A stretch of 64,000 nucleotides of DNA, taken from NCBI GenBank assembly GCA_001818775.1, contig MHKD01000042.1:41022-105021 (forward strand). Direction: 5' to 3'. The position numbers and the translations under genes are program-made. A model generated the notes under the pieces. That model saw only the letters and a program-made list of their open reading frames with translations, had not been told where the DNA came from and did no database searches. The stretch is from Candidatus Kerfeldbacteria bacterium RIFCSPHIGHO2_12_FULL_48_17. GTDB lineage: Bacteria; Patescibacteriota; Patescibacteriia; HO2-48-17. Positions within the stretch are counted from its first letter, which is position 1; the number at the start of each line of letters is the position of its first letter. Shown here piece after piece: positions 25,097 to 34,643 of this stretch.

Positions 25097-26548
25097 ATGA
25101 AAAACGAAAAGCGACCACTCCAGGACTGGGCAAAAAAATGGCCCAAGAGGAATGAATCGGTAGGGGAGAAAGAGGACTCTCAAGCGCGACCTGAAACCAA
25201 TGAAGTAATAACAGAAGAGCAGGAACTCAGTGAACGAGTTCGGGAATGGGCAGAGCGCATTAATACTATAGGCGGGGATTACAACAACGCCTACAATTTT
25301 ATTGCACCAAGCGGGAGAGATGGGCGAGACATCATTGAAGAGAGGCAAGAATTTTTAAATGAACAGCACTATACACCAGTCTTTACCTATAAGAAGCTGG
25401 AAAAAGAAGACTTCAAGGAACCGCTGAAAAAACTTCAGGAAATCCGACAGGAACTCAAAGATGAAGAAAAAAATGAGCAAGCCAAAAAAATTCTGCAGGA
25501 AGTGATAGACAACGTCGAAGCAAAGATGATGTTTCTTAAGGCTTCAAAGGAAGGCGATGACGACAAAGCCTTTGAATGGGCAAAAATAGCCTACGGCGAC
25601 ATCGATGATGAACTCGTCGAGTATGCTGAAAAAACACATGTCGACAAGGTTGAAGAAAATGCCAAAAAAAAGTCCAAACTCGAAACGTATTTAAGAAAAT
25701 CAGAAAATAGCCCAGAAGACGCAAAATATGTTTTCGAGGAAGGTCTTAGAGCGCTGGAAGTTCCCATGTATGATCCAGAAAAAGGAACCGAAGGTTGGGA
25801 AGTATTCATTGATCATACGAAGCTAGGAGTGTCGGTAGAATACGCCTCCAAAGAATATCCAAGGCCAACAGTTGTCGTAGGTGGAAAAACTGAGGTACGG
25901 ACAGGATTCAATGTTTTGGAACTACTCGCTCACGAAGTAGGTACACATGTAAGAACCAACCAAAACAGCGAAAACAGCGGATTAAGAGGCACTATATTCG
26001 GCAGGGACTACGAGGTATTCCAAGAGGGAATCGCGTTACTGGCTGAAAAAGAATTCATAAAAGATGTTATTGGCGTAGATACCAACCCCGCAACACCATT
26101 TGCGGTACTCGCTATGAATCAAGTCAAACAGGGGAAAAACTTTCGGGAAACATTCAACTTTATCAGAGAAAAATGGCTTGAGCATAACAGAGCGGAAAAG
26201 CAGGGGTTGGAGGAAGAGATGACCCCTGAGAAGGAGGCTAAACTGCAAAACGACACGAACAAAGATGCCTGGGGAACATGCCAAAGAACTTTTCGGGGAT
26301 TCCATGACCTAAGCAAAGGCGGTAAGTACTACCCTAAGGACAAAGCGTATTTGCAGGGCTTTAAGGAAGTACAGGTGCTGGCAGAGCATGGGCTAGAGGA
26401 GTACCTCGTGGAACACAAAGCCGATGCCACCGTCATTCAACAACTCCTCGATCTCAGGCTCAAACCAAAAGACAAAGTAGAACTCAAAAAAGTAGCACAG
26501 AAAATATTCGCCGACAGTATTAAATGGTTTTTCGAAGGAAAGGAATAA
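25097..26548 (+). CDS. Hypothetical protein with an HExxH motif (LLAHEVGTHV) and a QEG[IL]A-like motif. Possibly DUF1704 / flavohemoglobin-expression-modulating family.
   Basis: N-terminal charged/coiled-coil region. HEVGTH ~280 aa in, then FQEGIALLAE. No signal peptide or TM helix. Confidence 0.35.
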   Translation: MKNEKRPLQDWAKKWPKRNESVGEKEDSQARPETNEVITEEQELSERVREWAERINTIGGDYNNAYNFIAPSGRDGRDIIEERQEFLNEQHYTPVFTYKKLEKEDFKEPLKKLQEIRQELKDEEKNEQAKKILQEVIDNVEAKMMFLKASKEGDDDKAFEWAKIAYGDIDDELVEYAEKTHVDKVEENAKKKSKLETYLRKSENSPEDAKYVFEEGLRALEVPMYDPEKGTEGWEVFIDHTKLGVSVEYASKEYPRPTVVVGGKTEVRTGFNVLELLAHEVGTHVRTNQNSENSGLRGTIFGRDYEVFQEGIALLAEKEFIKDVIGVDTNPATPFAVLAMNQVKQGKNFRETFNFIREKWLEHNRAEKQGLEEEMTPEKEAKLQNDTNKDAWGTCQRTFRGFHDLSKGGKYYPKDKAYLQGFKEVQVLAEHGLEEYLVEHKADATVIQQLLDLRLKPKDKVELKKVAQKIFADSIKWFFEGKE

Positions 26549-26566
26549 ATTGCACCAGGGGAGAAG

Positions 26567-26594
26567 GGTCTGACCACAAATCAGGCCTTTTCTT
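26567..26594 (+). terminator. Rho-independent terminator-like hairpin after the 25097-26548 gene
   Basis: ggucuga-ccacaaa-ucaggcc (one G.U pair) followed by uuuucuu, 19 nt past the stop in a convergent intergenic region. Confidence 0.4.
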
Positions 26595-26879
26595 ATGCCA
26601 TATTATGTGTCGCACAATATATCTTATACGACACTATATAAAATACATTTTGGCTTGCCTATAAACTTTCACCCAAACGGCACTCTTCATAAAAATGTTA
26701 TCTCTATATCCCACCCTCCCCATACCACACCCTCCCTCTCACCGAGAGAGATGCCACCTAATGGACTCTCGTATAATCTCTTTTTACCAAAATACGCCCG
26801 ATGCTCCAAAAATTCCATAAAACAAAAACCGTCCAAAACGGCCTCAAATTTTGACCTATAACGCACGAAACACCTCTCC

Positions 26880-28190
26880 CTACTGATAATATACCTTATC
26901 ACCAAAACGCAGATCTATGTACGTCAAATACCGTGGTTCCTCGGGATATTTCTCCCGAAGAACGGTGAGAAACTTACTCATCTGCGATTCGAAGGCATCA
27001 TCTGTCGTAAAGTAAATATCCCAACCGCCAACCGTACCGATACCGACATCACGGGCCACCGAAGCCACATCGCACGGCGCCGGTGTGTAGGTATTTTCAA
27101 AAATAATCTTTTCCTTCAATTGAGCGAAGCCGTCACTGGCTAAGGGTTGATTGGTGTTTACGCCAGCACCAGCATTCACATTCGCATTGGAATCGACGGT
27201 CTTTGGAGTCTCAGCGGGAACACTCGCCTCTTCCTGGTTTATATTTTGATCCCGCAAGGGTTCATCTTCCTCATTGGTATACAAACGGGATTGATCGAGT
27301 GTCTCCAAAAGTTCCAGACTCTCATCAACGGTAATCTCATCGTTCTGCAAAAGCTCCTGAATATGACGCTTTTCAGACTCAATCCGGGCAACCTCACCTT
27401 CCTCGAGCTGGTCCAACCTCACCCGCTTCTCTATGGTCTGCTTTTGTTCACACTGTACGGGCAAAATAAAAAATGTATCAACCACAACACCGGTACTCCT
27501 GGGAACGTCCTCATGCAAACGCAAAACAAGTTGGGTAAGATTTTCAGAAATAACCTTCTTGTTGACGTCAACACCGGAATTATTATGATCAAAAATTTTC
27601 GGAAAAGTTTCATCGAGTTGATCAGGTTGGGTCTTTTGGGTGACAACACCACTGGGATCGATGTAAAAATACTGATTATCACTTACCCAAACGAGCTTTG
27701 GTACACGCTCTTCCAGGGTGACATGAATATCATGCGGGAATGATTTTTTTACCGTAACGCTCTTCAGAGCGAAGTTATCAGCGATTTTTTCCTCAATGTG
27801 GCGGCGCATCCCCACCTCACCGACGAAAAAGTAGACATCTCTGTCCAAGAAAAACAACCATTTTCTATCTAGCTTTTCATGAACAATCGTAGCGATCTCA
27901 TTCTCCGTGATATAATGATTCCCCTCAACAGAAACATTGACAACCTTAAACGCCTGGACATAATTCAAAAAAACAACAAAAATGGCGACAATAAAAAAAA
28001 CAATCCCGACATGCACCCAGACATCCTTCCTGGGCGCACGCGCGCCAATGGGACGCTGCGAACCAGAAAAATGACGCTGCTTGGGAAAATACGGATTATG
28101 CGAACCATGCCGTGTGGCATTATCCGAAAAACCGACATCAACTGAGCGGCGCAATGGACGACGTGAAGATTTGCGAGAAAATATACCCAT
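26880..28190 (-). CDS. Cell-division protein FtsQ/DivIB-like (POTRA domain) with a large acidic/coiled-coil insertion
   Basis: Basic cytoplasmic N-terminus, one TM helix, POTRA-like VNVSVEGNHYITENEIATIV, and C-terminal YLTYIDLRFGDKVYYQ typical of FtsQ. Contains a ~150-aa E/Q-rich low-complexity insertion. Confidence 0.55.
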   Translation of the reverse strand: MGIFSRKSSRRPLRRSVDVGFSDNATRHGSHNPYFPKQRHFSGSQRPIGARAPRKDVWVHVGIVFFIVAIFVVFLNYVQAFKVVNVSVEGNHYITENEIATIVHEKLDRKWLFFLDRDVYFFVGEVGMRRHIEEKIADNFALKSVTVKKSFPHDIHVTLEERVPKLVWVSDNQYFYIDPSGVVTQKTQPDQLDETFPKIFDHNNSGVDVNKKVISENLTQLVLRLHEDVPRSTGVVVDTFFILPVQCEQKQTIEKRVRLDQLEEGEVARIESEKRHIQELLQNDEITVDESLELLETLDQSRLYTNEEDEPLRDQNINQEEASVPAETPKTVDSNANVNAGAGVNTNQPLASDGFAQLKEKIIFENTYTPAPCDVASVARDVGIGTVGGWDIYFTTDDAFESQMSKFLTVLREKYPEEPRYLTYIDLRFGDKVYYQ

Positions 28191-28195
28191 ATACC

Positions 28196-29482
28196 CTAGG
28201 AACGCACTGAAATTTTTTTGAGACCACCCATGAACGGTTGCAAAACAAGCGGTATGGCAATACCACCGTCCTTCTGCTGATAATTCTCTAGAATGGCAAT
28301 CAGGGTGCGGCCCACAGCAAAGGCCGTGGCATCATTCATGTGAACAAATTGAGTTCCACCCTGTTTACGTTTGACGCGAATGTGGAGACGCCTGGCCTGA
28401 TAATCAGTCATAAGGTCAGAGGTATGGGTTTCACGGTACTTCCCCTGCCCGGGCATCCATGTCTCTATGTCGATCTGACGAGCGTCAGGACTGCTCATAT
28501 CCCCGGTGCATATCATGACCACATGGTACGGCAGCTCTAAAGCGCGCATAAAGTATTCCTGTATGGCCACGAAAAAATTCTGTTCGTCAATCGAATCCTC
28601 AGCAATGGTGAATGATTCCATCTCCAACTTATCAAATTGGTGGACGCGCAAAATACCCTTGGTATCCTTGCCATACGAACCGGCCTCGCGACGAAAAGCC
28701 GTTGAAAAACCGATATACCGCAGCGGCAAATCAGCCTCAGGAAAAGTTTCATCCATGTGCATGGCCCCGAGGGTGTGCTCGGCACTGCCTATCAAAAAAG
28801 CATCATCAGACGGAATATAATAACGCTCATCTTTTGGCTCCAAACGCGCCATTTTCTGAAACGCATCCGGCTTTATAAAAACGGGAGGTACTATGGGAAT
28901 AAACGCCGTCGGTAAAACAGAAAGATGGGCATCTTCAATGATTTTCGCGAGAATTTTCTCATCCGTAAGCGTCTGGAAAACAAACTGAACCAAAGCAAAC
29001 TCCATCCGGGCAGCTTCGCGTTTCAGGAAGGTAAACCGGGCACCTGACGTTTTCGCAGCCCGCTCATTATCAATGATGTCGAGTTTTTTCCCCAGCTCCC
29101 AGTGTGGCAGAGGTATAAAATCAAACTCTCGGGGCTCCCCCACTTTGCGGACAACCCTGTTTTCAGATTCATCCTTTCCAACTGGCGTATCCGCCGAAGG
29201 GACATTGGGCAGCATCTGCAGCAACGGCTCATATTTCGCCAGAACAAGGGCTGATTCTTTCTCCAATGCCTGAAGTTTTTGTTTTAACTCTTTCCCTTTT
29301 TTCGCATCCTTCTCCCGCGCAGCTGTTTTACGCATTTTCCTGATACCTTCCATCGCCTGCTGCAATTCGCGTCTGTGCTCATCAAGTTTTAACACTTCCT
29401 CAACGCTGACTTGTATGCGTTTATCTTTCGCAGCCTTCTGAACGAGCGCCTTATTTTCGCGGACAAAACGTATATCGAGCAT
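28196..29482 (-). CDS. serS: Seryl-tRNA synthetase
   Basis: N-terminal coiled-coil arm (MLDIRFVRENKALVQKAA...) and class II catalytic core. Start moved to Met-28 of the track ORF. Confidence 0.9.
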   Translation of the reverse strand: MLDIRFVRENKALVQKAAKDKRIQVSVEEVLKLDEHRRELQQAMEGIRKMRKTAAREKDAKKGKELKQKLQALEKESALVLAKYEPLLQMLPNVPSADTPVGKDESENRVVRKVGEPREFDFIPLPHWELGKKLDIIDNERAAKTSGARFTFLKREAARMEFALVQFVFQTLTDEKILAKIIEDAHLSVLPTAFIPIVPPVFIKPDAFQKMARLEPKDERYYIPSDDAFLIGSAEHTLGAMHMDETFPEADLPLRYIGFSTAFRREAGSYGKDTKGILRVHQFDKLEMESFTIAEDSIDEQNFFVAIQEYFMRALELPYHVVMICTGDMSSPDARQIDIETWMPGQGKYRETHTSDLMTDYQARRLHIRVKRKQGGTQFVHMNDATAFAVGRTLIAILENYQQKDGGIAIPLVLQPFMGGLKKISVRS

Positions 29483-29604
29483 AAAATCTTCGTTAAAAAT
29501 AACCAAGTACTGCAACGACAATAACGTGTTGATTATATCACGAAAAGCCGACACATCAAACAAAAAATGACAGCCTAACTTAAGACCGTCATTAAGAACG
29601 CGTA

Positions 29605-30072
29605 TTAAGAAATATTCAGTATCTTGAAAGTGAGGACATTTTTCGGGGTGGTGACTTCGACCTGTTCGCCGACTTTCTTGCCCAAAAATTTCTGCCCAAG
29701 CGGAGATTCATTCGAGATCATACCGGCGGAAGGATCAGCTTCATTGGAACCGGTAATCGTGTAAGAAAATTTCTGCCCTTCCGTATTTTCAACTTCAACC
29801 GTTGTGCCGATGTGAACATCTTCCACTCTCGATGCCTTCTTAATGACCGTAACACTCCGAATAATGTCTTCTAATTCCATAATACGACGATCAGTATTTG
29901 CCTGTTCTTCCTTGGCAGCCGTGTATTCAGCGTTTTCAGAAAGATCTCCCAATTCCTGCGCATCGCGAATCCTCTGCGCCACTTCACGTCGCTTGGTGTG
30001 TTTCAAATATTCAAGCTCTTCCTTGAGCTTATCCAAACCGGCCTGGGTAATGAATTTTTGCTTGGGAGTCAT
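29605..30072 (-). CDS. greA: Transcription elongation factor GreA
   Basis: MTPKQKFITQAGLDKLKEELEYLK...RIRDAQELGDLSENAEY. Start moved to Met-50 of the track ORF. Confidence 0.9.
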   Translation of the reverse strand: MTPKQKFITQAGLDKLKEELEYLKHTKRREVAQRIRDAQELGDLSENAEYTAAKEEQANTDRRIMELEDIIRSVTVIKKASRVEDVHIGTTVEVENTEGQKFSYTITGSNEADPSAGMISNESPLGQKFLGKKVGEQVEVTTPKNVLTFKILNIS

Positions 30073-30110
30073 ACAACAAAAACATGAGAAATAAAATTGA
30101 CAAAAGTAAG

Positions 30111-30137
30111 TATATAGGGCACAAAAAAAACTGTCAA
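30111..30137 (-). promoter_or_regulatory. Candidate sigma70-like promoter for greA
   Basis: Minus strand reads TTGACA, a 15-nt spacer, then TATATA, about 39 nt upstream of the greA ATG. Spacer is shorter than optimal. Confidence 0.3.
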
Positions 30138-30200
30138 GAGAATTGCCAATGGTCGTCAACAGGAAAGACGGAAAACCCAAAAAAACAGGCGTAAAAAGAC

Positions 30201-32129
30201 CTAACGAGTGAAATACCACTGTAAGGTTTCTCTGGCAATCGGCAGGGCGGCATCATTACCTCCACCGGCGCCTTCGACCAAAACCGCAATGACCACCTCA
30301 GGATTTTCATAGGGAGCAAAACCCACAAACCAGGAGTGCGTCTTCCCTCCGCTTCCAAACTGGGCCGTACCGGTTTTCCCGCCACTGCTTACCGGCAACT
30401 CTTGCAAAGAACGCGCACTGCCAGCGAGGACGGCTTGACGCATACCATCCTTGACGGTATTGAGGTGCTGAGGATCAATGAAACCCTCACGTCGAATAAC
30501 GGGATCAGGCGTGGAAGAAACACTGCCATCGGGATTCAAGAACTCCTTAACAAAACGCGGCTGATACAATTTTCCGCCGTTGATGATCGTAGCTATGGAA
30601 TTCGCCAGTTGCAGAGGGGTAACGAGAATCTGACCCTGACCGATGGCATAATGATACGTATCTCCGATATACCAACGCTCGCCATAGGTATCTTCCTTCC
30701 ACTGCTTCGTCGGCAAAAAACCACTCACCTCACTGGGCAAATCAATTCCGGATTTTTCACCAAAACCAAATTTTTTGGCGTATTCGGTCAGGCGCTCGAC
30801 ACCAAGCCCGTCATCGCCGTTATAGCCGCCACCAACAATGTAAAAAAATGTATTCACCGATTCAGCCAGGGCTTTGGTAACATTCGTCTGGCCATGACCG
30901 CCCGGCTTCCAATCAGGAAAAACCCACTGGCCAATCTCTATACCGCCAACACTGGAAACCGTCGTGGTCGGCGTAATGACCCCCTCCTGCAAACCGGCCG
31001 CGGCTACCACCGGCTTAAACGTCGACCCGGACGGATAGGTACCCTGAATGGGGCGGAATAAAAGCGGGTTATCAGGGTTCTGAAAAATCTCCTCAATTTT
31101 GGCACTATCCGTCCCCTGATGAAAAACATTGCTGTCATAGGTGGGAAAACTCAGACTCGCCAAAATTGAACCGTCACGGGGATCCAGAACCACAACCGCC
31201 GCATCGGTAGCATCAGAAGTTTCAAAAAATGCCCTAACCTGTTCATAAATAAACGTTTGCAAGTCCTGATCAAGGGAAAGAAGTAAATTTTTGCCGCCGG
31301 TAGATTCGCTCTCAGCAATGACTTCCTTCTCACGACCGAACGAATCAACTTCAATCTGTTTTTTACCATCTACGCCCTTGAGAACGCGCTCATACGACGC
31401 CTCAAGCCCGGTTTTCCCGACATAATCCGTGAGCAAATAATCAGCGTAAGCGGGATCTTCCACCTCAGCCTGACTGATTTTACCGGTATAGCCCAAAATA
31501 TGACCGAGAGACTCGTTGCCAAGATACTGCCGACGGGCCGAAGCAACCACGCGGACACCAGGAATCTCCTGCGCCTTAATCGTTAAAAGTATCGCCGTAT
31601 CCTGGGGAATATCCTCCACCAGGGTAATGGCCTGAAAGGAATAACCTGGGAGAGATTCAAGAAAGGCATCGACATTAACGTCTCTATCGGGAGGAAGATA
31701 TTGCTTCAGCAACTGCTTAAGACGCTGCCTCGCACCCTCGGCCTGGAGAAGATCACCGGGAATGACATCAATGCGAAAAGAAGGAATATTCTTCACCAAT
31801 AAATTCTGCCGACGGTCAAAAATAACACCGCGTGAAGCTTTGACGGTTTCCACCCTGACCCTGTTACCTTCTGCAGCGACCAAGTAATGATCTCCGGAAA
31901 AACCCTGAAGAAAAAACAATCTCCCCCACAGAATGAAAAAACCGACGAACAAAACGATGATGGGAAAAAACAACCGCATCTTTTCTGTTGTTTTTTTTCC
32001 AACCCGGGGTCGGATAGGCTGGGCATCAAAAGGATTCTCAACCGTATATTGCTGAGAATAATCGCTCAACCTGGCATCGAAAACATCCGGTTCCCCATGA
32101 AAAAAATAACGATTTTCGGAATGCTTCAT
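30201..32129 (-). CDS. mrdA: Class B penicillin-binding protein (PBP2-type transpeptidase, MrdA-like)
   Basis: N-terminal TM, dimerisation domain, and transpeptidase motifs STFKP, SSN-like and KTGTA. Immediately downstream of mreBCD. Confidence 0.85.
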   Translation of the reverse strand: MKHSENRYFFHGEPDVFDARLSDYSQQYTVENPFDAQPIRPRVGKKTTEKMRLFFPIIVLFVGFFILWGRLFFLQGFSGDHYLVAAEGNRVRVETVKASRGVIFDRRQNLLVKNIPSFRIDVIPGDLLQAEGARQRLKQLLKQYLPPDRDVNVDAFLESLPGYSFQAITLVEDIPQDTAILLTIKAQEIPGVRVVASARRQYLGNESLGHILGYTGKISQAEVEDPAYADYLLTDYVGKTGLEASYERVLKGVDGKKQIEVDSFGREKEVIAESESTGGKNLLLSLDQDLQTFIYEQVRAFFETSDATDAAVVVLDPRDGSILASLSFPTYDSNVFHQGTDSAKIEEIFQNPDNPLLFRPIQGTYPSGSTFKPVVAAAGLQEGVITPTTTVSSVGGIEIGQWVFPDWKPGGHGQTNVTKALAESVNTFFYIVGGGYNGDDGLGVERLTEYAKKFGFGEKSGIDLPSEVSGFLPTKQWKEDTYGERWYIGDTYHYAIGQGQILVTPLQLANSIATIINGGKLYQPRFVKEFLNPDGSVSSTPDPVIRREGFIDPQHLNTVKDGMRQAVLAGSARSLQELPVSSGGKTGTAQFGSGGKTHSWFVGFAPYENPEVVIAVLVEGAGGGNDAALPIARETLQWYFTR

Positions 32130-32135
32130 AGAAGA

Positions 32136-32666
32136 CTAAAAATGTCTTGCCCAAATGAAACGACTTTTCAAACCACGAAAGCCATAGAAACCAACAGTGG
32201 CGAGTATGGAGTTAAGCGCGAGTTGAACAAGAATATTGTACAAAGAAATATCTGAGAAACCAATGAAAAATACATTCCAACGGAAAACCCAAAAAAGCCA
32301 TGATACCACGAGTACTATAGCATAAAAAGCCAGAGTCGTGATTATGAGTAAAATGAGGACGGAAAAAAGTGTCTGAATGGTGACCAATGAACGAAAAATA
32401 ACAAAACAAAAAACCAGGGCTAAAACAAGTGGTAAAGTAAAAGTACCGACATTAAGTGGTGAAAAGAAATCCAGGAGCACACCGGCAACCAATGCCCAGG
32501 CCAAAGCCACCTGGAAACTGCTGACAAACATGATAAACAGCAAAAAAACAATGACAAAGAAAAATTTTTCCGTACCCCCTGAAAAAATGGAAAAAAAACT
32601 GACCTGTAAAAGAATAATGAACAATAAGGAAAGAAACAAAAGAAAACGTGAAAAAAAACTTCTCAT
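32136..32666 (-). CDS. mreD: Rod shape-determining protein MreD-like polytopic membrane protein
   Basis: About 176 aa with 5 TMs, positioned between mreC and pbp2. Assigned from position and topology only. Confidence 0.55.
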   Translation of the reverse strand: MRSFFSRFLLFLSLLFIILLQVSFFSIFSGGTEKFFFVIVFLLFIMFVSSFQVALAWALVAGVLLDFFSPLNVGTFTLPLVLALVFCFVIFRSLVTIQTLFSVLILLIITTLAFYAIVLVVSWLFWVFRWNVFFIGFSDISLYNILVQLALNSILATVGFYGFRGLKSRFIWARHF

Positions 32667-33475
32667 AATTGGTGCGGAAGAATGGCGGTGATAATTTCGA
32701 GTTTATGAAAATCAACCAAAGGTTCAACGCTTGCCTGCTGAAAAAGTTCGCCCTGGGGTTTATCAACGGTTTCAACTTTACCAATCACCAACCCCTTGGG
32801 AATGAAATCCTCGTCACCTGACGTAATGACAACCTGCCCTTCTTTCACATCCTCAAGCTGCGGAATGAGCTCCATGCGCAAAGCCAGGCCGTGTTCACCC
32901 CGCAGCAAACCAGGGCTTTGCGTATCATTCTGAATCAAGGCGCTGAGGCGGGTATTACTGTCACTGGCCAGGCGAACCTGTGCGGTTTCAGAAGTCACAT
33001 CACTCACCTTGCCGATGAAAATACCACCGGAAACAACCACCGGCACACCGATACCAAGACCATCGGAACTCCCTTTATTCACCAGAATCACCTGTGAAGC
33101 GGGATCACTCGACCTGCCGATAACGTGCATGGGCAGGGCTAAAAAATTTTGCTCCTGTATAAATGCAAGTTGCTCTTGTAAAATTCCCGTTTGTTCAAGC
33201 TGATTACGTAAACGCGTATTTTCAACAATAAGATTATTGATGTCATCGTGAAGTTTTCGATTCTCCTGAAGCACAGCAGATGCGTCAATGTCAGCGGCAG
33301 GATTGACGCCGCCGATGCGAAGACCAAGACGGTAAAGCTGTGTTTGCACAGGGCGGCTCACAAAACCGACAGCGCTTTTCAGAGGACCGAGCCAGCCAAA
33401 GGCATCAAACAAAACCAGCGCAATCACAAGAACAATAATAACAAAGATGGAAGTAAAGCGACGAGGCAGCCGCAT
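32663..33475 (-). CDS. mreC: Rod shape-determining protein MreC
   Basis: N-terminal TM, coiled-coil, and C-terminal beta domain (GIGVPVVVSGGIFIGKVSDV). Follows mreB. Confidence 0.8.
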   Translation of the reverse strand: MRLPRRFTSIFVIIVLVIALVLFDAFGWLGPLKSAVGFVSRPVQTQLYRLGLRIGGVNPAADIDASAVLQENRKLHDDINNLIVENTRLRNQLEQTGILQEQLAFIQEQNFLALPMHVIGRSSDPASQVILVNKGSSDGLGIGVPVVVSGGIFIGKVSDVTSETAQVRLASDSNTRLSALIQNDTQSPGLLRGEHGLALRMELIPQLEDVKEGQVVITSGDEDFIPKGLVIGKVETVDKPQGELFQQASVEPLVDFHKLEIITAILPHQL

Positions 33476-33478
33476 AGA

Positions 33479-34540
33479 TTATTTCATTATTCTCTCGTCA
33501 TGCGTTGAGAGTACAAAAATATCACGCAATGCTTCAATATCCTCGAGAACACGGCCCGTACCGCGGACAACGGCCGTGAGTGGGTCATCAACCACCTTGA
33601 CGGGAACCTGGGTGATTTTCTGAATAACCTTGTCAAAACCACGCAATAAGGCACCGCCACCGGACATTAAAATCCCCCGTTCATAAATATCAGCCACCAG
33701 TTCCGGGGGCGTACTCTCCAAAGTATCTTTAATGGCGTCGGAAAACAGCTTCACGGAACGGCCGATGGCCTCGCGGACGTGTTCACTGCTCACCGTCATC
33801 TCGCGCGGCAGACCCGTGATGATATCACGACCGCGAACCTTGGATTCCAGAACGTCGACATCTTCGCTGGCCGAACCGATGGCGATTTTCAATTCTTCGG
33901 CCGTACGTTCACCAAGCAGCAGATTAAACTGATCGCGGTGGTAGGCAACGATATTGCGGTTAAGCTCATCCCCGGCGATGCGCAGTGATTTTGAAGTGAC
34001 CACCCCACCCAGAGCGACCACGGCAATTTCCGTCGTACCGCCACCGATATCCACAATCATGTGACCCGTGGCATCCTGAACCGGAACACGGGCGCCAATC
34101 GCCGCTGCCATGGGCTCTTCAATCAAAAACACCTCACGCGCACCGGCATTCAAAGCCGCGTCTTCAACGGCTTTTCTCTCAACTTCCGTAACACCTAAAG
34201 GAATACCAATGACAATGCGCGGACGGGGTAAAATAGTAAACGTCTCCCGATGAACCTTTTCAATAAAATGCTTCAGCATCTTTTCCGTAACTTCAAAATC
34301 AGAAACAACACCCTCAACCAAAGGCCGGATAGCAACAATATGACTGGGAGTCCTGCCAATCATATTGCGGGCTTCCTGACCAACGGCTAAAACATGACCG
34401 GTGCGTTCATTCACAGCCACAACCGAAGGCTCGTTAATCACAATGCCCTTATCACGAACATAGACCAGGGTATTGGCTGTACCCAAATCAATGCCCAAAT
34501 CCTTTGAAAATCTTCCAAAAAAATTCTTAATAATACCCAT
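33479..34540 (-). CDS. mreB: Rod shape-determining protein MreB (actin homologue), copy 1
   Basis: GIDLGTANTLVYV...DIGGGTTEIAV...GGGALLRG motifs of the MreB/actin fold. Confidence 0.9.
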   Translation of the reverse strand: MGIIKNFFGRFSKDLGIDLGTANTLVYVRDKGIVINEPSVVAVNERTGHVLAVGQEARNMIGRTPSHIVAIRPLVEGVVSDFEVTEKMLKHFIEKVHRETFTILPRPRIVIGIPLGVTEVERKAVEDAALNAGAREVFLIEEPMAAAIGARVPVQDATGHMIVDIGGGTTEIAVVALGGVVTSKSLRIAGDELNRNIVAYHRDQFNLLLGERTAEELKIAIGSASEDVDVLESKVRGRDIITGLPREMTVSSEHVREAIGRSVKLFSDAIKDTLESTPPELVADIYERGILMSGGGALLRGFDKVIQKITQVPVKVVDDPLTAVVRGTGRVLEDIEALRDIFVLSTHDERIMK

Positions 34541-34545
34541 AGTTG

Positions 34546-34574
34546 AATAAAAATGCAGGAAAACCGTGCCTGCA
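34546..34574 (-). terminator. Terminator-like hairpin between rseP and mreB (possible attenuator)
   Basis: Minus-strand RNA ugcagg-cacgguuuu-ccugca followed by uuuuuauu. Ends 6 nt before the mreB ATG. Confidence 0.3.
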
Positions 34575-34643
34575 TCTTGGCATAAAAATAAGGGGGTGAC
34601 AAGGCGCCCAAAGCCTGCCCCTGGAAAAACTTTGGGCAGAATA

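Noticed and set aside
26548-26880. 332-bp convergent intergenic region with C/T-rich tracts (ccaccctccccataccacaccctccctctcacc), considered as a possible ncRNA or riboswitch
   Set aside because: Apart from the terminator hairpin at its 5' end, I found no convincing conserved structure or known riboswitch motif. It may just be spacer between convergent terminators. Left as unassigned.
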